Shown one piece after another: positions 1 through 24,400 of a stretch of 64,000 nucleotides of DNA (positions are counted from its first letter, which is position 1; each line of letters begins with the position of its first letter). The notes under the pieces were generated by a model. The model saw only the letters and a list, made by a program, of their open reading frames with translations. It was not told the origin of the DNA and did no database searches. Position numbers and translations under genes: made by a program. The stretch spans positions 806,001 to 870,000 of the forward strand of contig CM022670.1 in assembly GCA_012295275.1 (NCBI GenBank), given 5' to 3'. Source of the stretch: Chrysomallon squamiferum (Eukaryota > Animalia > Mollusca).

Positions 1-363
1 ATCAGTCTTTAAAATTTCACTTCTTAAAGAAAATTTTCTGTATAACATACTAAATACTTTTTTAGTTTTACCCTGTTTAAATGTATAATTGTTTCTTGTT
101 ATGTGGCAGAGAGGAATACATTTTGTATCCTTTCAATTAAATGTTTTTCTTAATTTTTTATTTATTCTGTTTTTGTTAAAAGAATAACTGTTTTGATGCA
201 AAAAATAGCCTAAATACATTTCAGGTTATTATTATTTGTTTTATTATTGGACAAAAACGCAGTCTGTTTTTTTATTTGATTATGAAGAGCTGTCATTGCA
301 TGTGTATATAAATATAATTAATGTAGGAAAGGTTTATGCTGTTTTATGTTTTATAAATTTCAG

Positions 364-13294
<12,931 letters not shown>

Positions 13295-14462
13295 AAACTT
13301 TGTTAAATGCTGGAGAACTACAAGAATTTGGATTAACACTTCTTTGTTTTTATCCAGTATTTAAATTAATTTACAACTGGCTGTTAACATCACTTTTAAA
13401 CTGTAACCAACATGTTTTATACATTTTAATACGTTTGTAAAAATAATGAACCAGACTTGAGAAATTTTTTGTTTTGTACAACATGTTACAAACTTAATTA
13501 TAACAAGTTTCATAAACAGGTCACCAAAAATTTATGTGATTAGAAACCTTCATAAAATTTTATAGTTTTTATGACAAACTTAATGCAAACCTTTATGATA
13601 AATATCATGAAATGTTTTTAAACAACTTTGCTGAAATGTTTGTCAGTTGCTGCCTGAAGAAACTAAAACCTTCACTATTGTGATATTTACATTCCAAATT
13701 GTTTAGATGGCCAAAATATATTTATATAATCATTATAATTTATTTACTTTTATTGTGATGTCATTCCGTCCATAGTCTATTTATTCAAGTGTCTGTGATT
13801 TATATTTTATCTATATATCTGGTTTATAAATGTATCTGAAACAGTATCTGACATTTTATTATTTATTAATTACTGTATTTGTATTATAAATGTAAACATG
13901 TGGGTGTGTCTGACAAAGTGAAATGTTTACAATTATTTCAAATATATATATATATAGTTTTTCTGACTAAAGCAATTGAGAGTCTAATTCTGATGTTATT
14001 TAAACAAAACCCTCCTGATAAAACCCCCAAAACCTGAATCTTGTATAAAAGAAAACAAATATAATGCTGTGGATTCTTTTTTGTGTTGTATCCATGATAA
14101 AGATAGCACATAGCAAGTCTTTTAATAATTAATATTTCAGCATTACTATTTTAATTTTTAATCTTTTTCTTACTTAAAGAAAGGTAACTCTAAATAAGGT
14201 GTGATTAATAAATGATTAGTTTGTTTCCCTTGAAAAAAAAGTAGCTGGTAACATATATAATTGATTGTAATTTCCTTTTCGTTGTTTTCGATATAAAAGT
14301 TTTATATTATCTGTTTTTGCCACATTATCACAGTCATCATAACTCTAGTTCCTTTTTTTTTTTTTTTTACAGAAATTATAATAATGATGATAACAGTATA
14401 ATAATAATTTCACAACTGTCAGTTTACTGAAAGAAACAAAAAACAAAATGAATTCCAAAATC

Positions 14463-14468
14463 TTTATT
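14463..14468 (-). terminator. Candidate polyadenylation signal of KLHL5-like (about 3.9 kb 3' UTR)
   Basis: Minus-strand AATAAA followed by a GT/T-rich tract (TTTTGTTTTTTGTTTCTT); AATAAA is common in this AT-rich DNA, so support is weak. Confidence 0.3.
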
Positions 14469-14837
14469 GAGACATGTCAAATACAAAAAAATATATTAAT
14501 GTAACAGTGCCACATCTGCAGTTGGACTTATAAATTTACATGATGAATCATTTTAAAAATAAATACCCTGAAATTAATTTAAATGATACAAGATTATCTG
14601 TGACTTTTTTTTCCTGAATGAAAAAATGTATTAAATCTTCTGAGTTGAGCAATTTTAGTTTTGATATTAATTGATAAATTTTGTAGATATTGTTTGATTT
14701 TGCAGTGAACTACTTCTACAATCCACACAACCTCAGTTCACAGAACAGATGATATGGATTAAATCATATGGGCCAATTTCCAAAAACAAATACATTATTA
14801 AATCTTCCATGAAAAGTTGATAAAGTCAGTCGTAATC

Positions 14838-14884
14838 GATGGATGGATAGATGGATGGGTGGATGGATGGATGGATGGATGGAT
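14838..14884. repeat. (GATG)n microsatellite
   Basis: Direct inspection. Confidence 0.85.
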
Positions 14885-17800
14885 ATGAATATAACAAGTA
14901 TAAAATGCCACTCCAAAAGTTAGGACTTTTCTATAGGATTGTCATCATATTAAAAGTGGTCCACAATTCAAACATAGGAAAAACAAAAAATCATTCAAAT
15001 ATACAACAATTTTCTGTATAAACCTGAACACTGAAACTAGTAAAATTAACAATTAAATTTATTTGAAAACATTTCAAGTTAAAATCTCAACTTTAATATA
15101 TTGTAATTTTTCAACATTTGAAAACATTTTCTTTTAAAAAATAAAAATAATTTTTCTTTTCAAATTCATAAATCAAGAAAAGTTATGCATGCTTAATTCT
15201 GTAATTGACAAATCCTGTCTCTCTATAAATAGTAACATGCAGGACCAGCACTGATCAATACCAATGTCCAGCACTAAATAATAGTTTGATCTAGCATTGT
15301 TATTTTAAAAAATAAAATAAAATAAAAGAACTGAATTTGAGCACATAAAACCCCATTATGCACCTCTTGCACAACTAAAATGTAAAACTATTTGTACAGA
15401 AGATTAAAGATAAACACTGGGTCTGCATTCTGGACTATTTTGTTAAAACAGCAGTCGTCACACAAACACACAATGAGTAATGAAATATCATACAACAATC
15501 AGCATAAAACTACAGCACCCAGTATTAAGGCCTGGGTAACAATGGAAATCATAATAAATAACATACTTTGTCTGCAACTGCTAGTAAAAAAAGTAAATAT
15601 AATAATAATAAAAATATAAAAAAAAAGATGAGAAAAAATATAAAAATCAAATATTAAATAAAATTATAAAAATATAATAAATAAATAATATTTAATGGAA
15701 TATAAGTATATTTCTATTTGTCATTCAGCTTTTTAAAACTTTTTCAATAAAAAAAAATAAAAATCTAAGAATAAAATGTAATTCAGACCTAAAGATCTTT
15801 CTTCAACATTACTACAAACAGCCAAGTATATTATTTAATAATAATAAATGTATATAATATGATTCCCATTGTTATCTTTGGCCCACGGAAGGCATTATGG
15901 ATCGATGACAAGTGAAACATGAATACCAAAATAGAATATTTCACAGCTGGTCCAGTATAAAAATAGCAGTTCTGACATTTAGTGATGTTCAAAAATAGAA
16001 AGCTATCAGTACATCATGTAGGCATCGTTGATGGTTAAAAATGTTACTTGCTAATAACAAACATCAAACACAATTAACTAATTAACCTGTACAAAAATCA
16101 GCTATTTTTAGTTTGTTTCTCTTCATTTTGTTCACAGTGTGATGTTACTGAGTTAATAGTTCTTCTTTATTATGACTCAAAATAAATTTGTAAAGAGTGA
16201 CATGTCATTATAGTTATTTTAGTTGACTGGATATTTATTTATGTACGTGAGTTTATTATTTGTAAATTAAATATATATGTTACATTAAATTTATATATTT
16301 ATATATATTAAAAAAGATATTTCAGAATGCTGTATTAGATTTTTGTTTTATTTTTCAATTCACCCTTTTAACTTTATAGATAAAGTTTAAAATAACTGCA
16401 TATTAATATGTTTATATTAAATTAATGTTATGAATTACATATATTCAATCAAAATAGTCTTTTTGGTTTACACGTCATCTAATTGGTCATGTATATAAAG
16501 TAATAATATATATTTAATTAATGTGATATACAGCAGTGAAACAATTACAACAGCAATACATACTGCAACAGAATAAAAAATGTATTCTATATATCAATAT
16601 GGAATCTTTCTACAATGTTTGCTCTTTAAAATAAAATGAAAGATTGAACAAACAAGCTAGGTAAACAGGTTTTAAATTTATATTACATTTAAGTCCTTGT
16701 ATGAAAACTATTTATGATATTTATGAATAAAATGTAAATGAGTGAATTTTGTTTTTTAAAGACCAATAACACATGAATAATAATGAAAAGAGGTCACCAG
16801 GTCTATAAACTGGAATGTCAAAAATTAGGCTTAATCTTGAGTTAACATGTTCTTTAAACTGTTTTTATTTATTTGTTTGTTGATTTGTTAAGATGTTCTT
16901 GATGGGGATTTTTGTTGGTTTTCTTTTTGTCTTTTTTTTTATTCTTATTGTTTATGATTTTTGCAGTTTTCATCTAATTCACAGACTAGATATAAAATAA
17001 ATATTATATTATATATTACATATTTTACAGTCTGCTCTATATATTAACATTTTGTTCATAATTTCACACTATTAAAGAAATTTTTTAAATATGAATAATT
17101 ATTTATATCTAAAACATTGGCAGAAGATAAACATATCTTTCTTGGTATCAGGTGATAAACAACTAAAACTAAATTCATTTTGAATGATCATTTCTTGAGA
17201 ATTTTATTTTTTTATTATTATTATTATTATATACAAATATGTATTATTAATAACACAGTTCATCAGGACTATATAACATGAAAATTACAAATCAAAACAT
17301 TATTCAAAGAAATTCAAATTTTAGGTTTTCACGTTTTTTATTTAAAGTTAACATAAAGCATTAATTTTCAGTCTTATTATTTTTATTTTATTTTTTCTTC
17401 TAAAAATATAGAACTATTGAAACTAAAAATTAGGTAATTGCATTGATATGATACATTGAATGACTAGTACATAAATACATACATACAAAAAAAGTAATAA
17501 TTAAAAATTTAAAATAACAAAACCAAAAAAACTACTGCTTATATTAACAGCAGAATATAAGGCACTTCAGTAATACAAGTAAATTAATTTGGTATATAAT
17601 TTTTATAGTTAAAAATGAACTCTTGTACAGGCATTGTGCCTAGCATTTGTTTTAGTTAATCTTTTTTTTTTTAAGATAGCAATGAAATGTTTATTGTTTA
17701 TTCATTGTTTTTGTTTTTTCATTTTACCATCACCAATAAATATGAAAACAAAATGAGTATGTCATTATCTAATAAGAGTAATATCATCTATAAGCAATTG

Positions 17801-18309
17801 CAACAATAATTTTCTAACATTTCTCTATCTACAGATCTTTGCATATAAAAATATATAATCAGAATTATAAAATCCATTGTCAGTTTGAATTTCAATGTAG
17901 CTGTACTGTGTACTGTTAAAACTAACTGTAACAAGTATTATTAAACATGATTCTACAATAGAAATCTTCAGAATTAAGAATCCTCTATCACATCTGATTA
18001 AATCCAGTACTGGAACACTTTATGGGAATTTTTGTTTTTTCATTATTCTTTATGCTATTTTGAATCACACAGATCCATTAAAGGGAAATCCAAGAGTCAA
18101 GGAAATGTTGAAAAATACAAATCTTGCATGACTAGTTTGTTTAATTCATGATACTCACAGAATCCAACTCTTGAGGTCTTCACAATATTGCTAATCGTTT
18201 ATTTTTATACACACATATTTTGAGTGTATTGAAACAGTTGCATAGTTGGAATTAGTGCTGCTATGACTGGCCAGCAAGGAAGAATTACTTTAAGAGAAGT
18301 GTTAACATC

Positions 18310-18408
18310 TCAGAGCCAAGTGGACAATGGAGATCTGACTTTTTTCAAATGGAATAGTCCTGAAGGCCACCTCTTGAGGAAAGAGAGTGACCGTTTTATT
18401 GATAGTCA
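18310..18408 (-). other. Candidate stop-codon readthrough cassette: UGA-CUA + stem-loop + 31-codon extension
   Basis: TGA CTA; hairpin GGUCAC-U-CUCUU/UCCUC/AAGAG-GUGGCC at 18392-18365; frame open to a second TGA at 18312-18310. Confidence 0.55.
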
Positions 18409-18465
18409 GCTGGTGGGTACATGAACCACACATGCACCAGCTCGACCAGTACAGAGTGAGGAAAC
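18406..18465 (-). CDS. KLHL5: KLHL5-like terminal coding exon ([19 protein letters not shown])
   Basis: tttcccag| phase 0, TGA at 18408-18406. Confidence 0.9.
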   Translation of the reverse strand, partial: VSSLCTGRAGACVVHVPTS

Positions 18466-21400
18466 CTGGGAAAAAACACAATAAATAATAACATATTTTA
18501 TGTAGTAAAATTTTAAAATCCTAAAACAAATATTTAAAGGAAAATAATATTTGAACAAGATAAAATAAAATAAAATTAAGTATTAAATTGAAAATAAAAA
18601 AATAAAATAAAATAAAATAAAATAAAATTAGATAAATAAAAAAAATAGGAAAAATGGAAAAACAACGGAGAATGACATTAAATTAAGAAAATGAAATTTG
18701 CAGAGCATTTTTTTCCAAAACAAAACAATAACCATGAGGACTTTTATATATGAAGATGAACAAATAATGACAAACAAACAAAAGGAAATAATTACCATTC
18801 AGCAAGTAGAGAACTATTTCAGTTTCTTATTTTAAATCATTATCTGAGAAAAAAAGAAAAAAAAAGTTATATTAACAATAAAACTCACTTTGGTCCACTC
18901 ATTTGTGATTGGGTCATATGACTCAACTTCATTTAGATACTGCTGGCCATCATATCCACCAACTGCAAACAGCTTATCTCCAAGGGGACATAATCCCACA
19001 GCATCCCGCGGTGAGCCCATTGGAGCTATCATTGTCCACTGGTCTGTTTTGGGATCATATCTGAAAAAGATAAAGTATTACGATCATTTCTTATTTTTGA
19101 ATTTTGGATAATGGATCCTCAATCAGTATTATAGAACTTCATAATTAAATTATTATGAAAATACCTGTGAACCTATCACTAAAATAACATAAAACTGGAA
19201 AATATTTTGAGGTAATTCATTTTTTTTCTATTACAGTATTAACACTCATAAGCCAAAAATAAATTTTAAAACATAAATATACATGTTTTTCTCAAGACAT
19301 ATTACATGGGTGGGTGTCTTCATTATCTTTATGCAACCATAATGTTATAATTTCCTAGCTGTAACATCAAACCACTGTTACCTTTCTGCACAGTCAAATC
19401 TGCTGCATGTTGGATTAGTGGCAGGTGCTTCATGTCCACCCACAGCATATAAAAATCCATTACAAGTGGCCACACCCACACCACCCCTCCTCTTCGACAT
19501 TGGGGTACAGGGTGTCCATTTATTAGTATGTGGATCAAAATATTCTACAGATTTAAGACATGAACTTCCATCACGTCCACCTACAGCAAACAGTCTGAAG
19601 TAGAAAAATAATAACAAAAAAGTGTATTTAACAGTTATTTCCTTGATTACAGATATATATTTTATTAAATAATAATAATTAATAAACTGAAAAAACTATA
19701 AATTTTATACATTACATTTAATTTAGAAACATAAAAATAAATTTTATTTTCCACCTTTAAATATTTTCATATTTCTTTTATAATACAAACAATTAGTATC
19801 TTTAATAAAAACATAAAAGAAAAAAATATATGAAAGAAAATCAATTCTGAGGAAAAAAACCCATTGGACTTAATACTTTGGTGTTATAAAATGAATAAAA
19901 TTAGTGTTTTTTTTCTAAATCTCACTTTCCAACAAGGGGGGCAACTCCAACTGTACTACGTGCAGTGGACATTGGTGCCACGTAACTCCACTGTCGAGCT
20001 TGAGGGTCCCATCTTTCCACAGTGTTAAGATATGACCAACCATCATGTCCTCCTACTGCATACATAGGCCCTTCCAGAACACCAACACCTACCAAATGAA
20101 CAGGGAAATTAAATTTGAATATTTGTAAAAAATAAATATGTAAAATATTTATTTTTCATTCTAAAATCCACCTTCTACTATTAAAACAGTGAAGCTAAAA
20201 ATGTTTAAATGACAGTCAAAAAATTAATTTGGAGTTACTTTGGAAATTATTTTTTGTAATTATAGATTTGTGAACATAAATTTCAGAAGTTTCTTTTCAT
20301 TGTTGTTTTAGAAAAGAGTCATACCAAGTCCGTGTCGGTGTGTTGACATTGGTGGCATCAACATCCAGACTTTTTTCTTTGGATCGTAACTTTCTACAGT
20401 GTTCAGTGTTTTGAGCCCATCGCGACCACCCACCACAAATAACTTGTCTTCCAAAACAGCCACTCCAAACTGAAGTCGTCTCCCATTCATGTTGGCTACC
20501 TGTACCCATGTGTTGGTCCTAAAGTCATATTTTTCTATACTGGTAGCTCCTGTAAATTAGAAAAAAAAAATATATATATATTTGTAATCTTCTGAGTGAT
20601 GCATAATATGGGAAAGAAATAAAAAAAGATGTTGATAAAGTACTGGCAGAAGACTGCTGAAAATAAATTTGAATCAGTTTAAAAAAAGAAAGAAAAAAAA
20701 CTGAAATTCACCATCTGACCCGATAGAGACAAATGCTATAAGACACCTATATAAAGATAACTGTATTCATTTTGAGTACAGAAAAAAAAAAAAAATGAAA
20801 TTGTGTAAGACACCTAATTTATTTTGAAACAGATAACAATATATTTTGATTTAAAAATTCTTCTTCTTTTTCTTTTTTTTTTCACGTACATGAATACAAT
20901 GTGAAACTACTGAAAAATGAGCACCAAGGGCACATTAAAACATTATTGTACTGTAGTTATTTAACACTCAAAAATTATTTCAATCATTTTCATGAAAATA
21001 ATAAATAACAAAAAATAGTAGATTGAAATATTAGCTCTTACTTTAAGTTTATAGTTTATTTTTTTACATCTAAAACAAGAAGAAGAAGAAGAAGAAGAAT
21101 ATACCTTTGCTGCAATCCATGCCTCCGACTGCATACATGACACCAACAGTGGATTTCCTGGGTTTAGTTCTGGGACTTTGGAATGATGATCGGCGTTCTG
21201 GCAAAAGGTGATACTTGAGTGCTTCCATTATCAGCTGCTGACATTCCTTGTCATCCTTGAACAGTGGATTTGTCTCCACATAGTCAGCAATATACTTAAA
21301 TATAGAATACATTAATTTTTAAAATCTTTTGTCACAAAATTAATACTCAAACATAATATACATGTGTCCTTCTTCTTATTTATTTATTTGTTTATTTATT

Positions 21401-24369
21401 TATTTTTAATTAATTTGTTTCCAATGATCAACATGCCAATTTTTTATTAATTTTTTATTTTTTTTCTTTGTTTTAGCTTACAAGTGATTAGATTTTTGTT
21501 GTTATTGGGATTTTCAAATTAAATTATTAAATTTAAAGTATTTAAAAAGTTATTTAATTTCAGCTAGTCCAATTCATTTTGAATCATGTTTAAAAGAAAG
21601 AAAGAAAGAAAAAAACAGGAAAAAAGAATAATTAAATCACAACATTCTTGATAATACTTTGTAAAATGAATTTTGCTAATCATATTAGTGTCTTGTTTTT
21701 TAAATAATTAAATGTATCTGCTAAAAAAAATATATCTTATTTCATTTAATTCTTGTCATAAAGATTACCATAAAAATTTATTAAATAGATTTAATTATTT
21801 AATATACTTAATATGTTAAAAAGAAAACAAAACAGAATTAATAATGAAACAATGCATTATTATAAGCCTGTATTATACATATTTAAACAATAAAAACAGA
21901 GAGAGACAGAAAAAAATAAACAAATAAAATAAAAATAAAAAAGATAAAAGAAGAAAAACATTTTTTCTTAATCATTTGAAAAACTTTTTATAAATGTTTT
22001 TTTGTTTTGTTTTTTATTTTTTTAAAGTGCCTTTGGCATTAATTCTGAAGATGATTCACAAAATCTCTAAAATTGATTTAGATATTCAAATCTGATTTTA
22101 TCAAGTGAAACCAAATTGATTTTCTAATCCAATCTTCATTATATATGTGTTAGATTCTTTGGTGATACGAGATTCACACATAACCTGGGTTAAAAGGTTA
22201 AGTGTTCGCTCTAATCTTTATTTAATTGATTTATGTCATCCCCAAGAAATCTTCACATATATTTTCTTTAGTCGTCCAAGTATGACTGGAAAGTGGTAAA
22301 CCTTATTTTACATTATCGACACTGTCATTAATTACTAAGGACTTGAATTGTGCCTCACAGCAGGGATGTGTAACTGCACATGATGTGTGAGGGAAAAAAT
22401 GTATTAGTTGCTGCAGTTGTATGACAAATCAATTCTCTTAATCCAGTGGGAAATTTTCAATGAAGCCAAGTTACACATTTCCACTGATGAATGGTATTGG
22501 CTAGAGTGCATGTTTATAGCATCATTAAGCTGTGTGTCAAAAACCCAGAGAAAATGTGTCATTTGAAATGCATACTTTAAGAAAGTTTAAAATAAAAATT
22601 AATCAGTTAAAAAAAGTTAACAAGAACTGTTTACATTCCTACCAAAAACAGACACAAGCATCTTACTATAAGGAAATAAATGTTACCAAAGAGAAAACGC
22701 ATTATTCTATTGCTTTTTGTTGGAAATGTTATTTATTAAAATTTTAGGACACTTTATTATAAATGTATTGATATTAAGCTTTTTGAAGTTGTTATAATAT
22801 TATATTATAGCTAAACTCAATTTGACTTTTCTTGTTTTATTATATCCACTAACAGAAAAAATTAAAAAATGAAGGGAAAAAGTGAAAGAAAATGTTTTTG
22901 ACCTTTAAGAAAGAAGAATAAAGGTATCTCAAGAGACAGAATAACAATCAATAATATCTAACATATATGTGTGTTATTTACTATGTAGCTCAGTTTAATC
23001 CAATAAAAAATCTGTAGATTCCCCAAATGATTAACTGAAAATAACTTTTCCAAACCATGCCAAAACCAGACAAACAATAACCATACACAAAGGATTCCAA
23101 TATCTGATATAAAAGTTTTCAATCAGGAATCTAGAATGCAATGTTCTGAGTCCCTAGAAAGTTATTATTCATATACAATTTCTAATAGTTAGGTCAATCT
23201 TATATTTACTAATATTTTTAATTGGATTTTTTTCAGAATGAATTTGTATTTTATAATACAATTAAGATGAAATAAACTCACCTGAGGAGCCATTAATGGA
23301 AGTTTAATGTGAGAAAGAAGTTTGGAAAGCACTTTGCGTCGATTGGTAATATCGTGTTTGGACCACTTGACCAACGCCTCAAAAATAGTTTCTTCATTGG
23401 GGACATTGAGGTCATCACTGGACAACAGTTCAGACACCTCTTCACTTGGAAGGATTAGGAATTCTTGATTGTGAATCACATCAACAAAATGTTCCTTGAA
23501 AAAAAAAAAAACATACATTAATATTAAAGCATTATTTTAAATTAAAGTAGAACAAAATATCTTTTACATACACTTTCAGACTAACTTTAATCTTTAATTT
23601 ATATTACATGTTCCATCTGAATGTCAACTTCAAAATTAATGCTGTCCCTGAACAGACATAATAAACTCAACAAGTCATGCATAATTGAGTAAAACCTAAT
23701 TTGATTTCTTTGTTCATGTGAAGAAAGCATTTATCAGAATCACCATCACACTCCACATTCTAACATACGAAGGAGTGCATCTAGTTACTAATTATATGAC
23801 TTCAGTCATGAAACAGATAAAAGCATTAGCACAACACTGGCTTTTCTTCAAAAATGAATGAATATGTATCAAGTGATAAGCTAGCAAAAAAGTAATATGA
23901 ATGAAATAGTAAACCTTTCTTTTAAGAAACAAAAAGAAGACTTGCCAAAAAGCCAGAACTCACCATAACATAATTGTTTGCCACTTTGTATAGATTGGTA
24001 CATCCCTGAGCATCAGCAAACTGGCGAATTCCAATGCAGTTAGATGGGTGTAGTTGTTTCATGAGAAAACTACAACATGCCTCAACAACTTCTGAAAGCT
24101 GCAGTAAGCATGATGTAGCCAGCAGACTTTCAACTGTTTCTTCCTTCAACTCAATTTTTCCTGCAAAAAGAAAAAAAAAGAATAATAAAAAATAAATAAA
24201 TAAAAATTAATTATACTATAAAATAATGTTTTTTTCTTATGTGGATTTTTGCTTTCTCTTTCAAAGTATTTTTGACATATGGAGTACTCTTTAGCACAGT
24301 TTCAAACTGGAAAGACATGGGACAACTTAAATTTTATTTTAAAAGGAAATATTTGTTCAAAATAAAGCC

Positions 24370-24400
<31 letters not shown>

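Noticed and set aside
18000-18408. UGA as a selenocysteine codon
   Set aside because: No SECIS-like AUGA/AA/GA structure was recognised by eye in the proximal 3' UTR, and the UGA lies where homologues terminate. A SECISearch run over the full UTR would settle it.
18890-19603. Plus-strand ORFs 18890..19111 and 19418..19603
   Set aside because: They are antisense shadows of Kelch exons.
22362-22385. Iron-responsive-element-like hairpin on the minus strand (C-AUGUG-CAGUUA-CACAU)
   Set aside because: The loop is CAGUUA, lacking the G5 of CAGWGH, and it is intronic rather than in a UTR.
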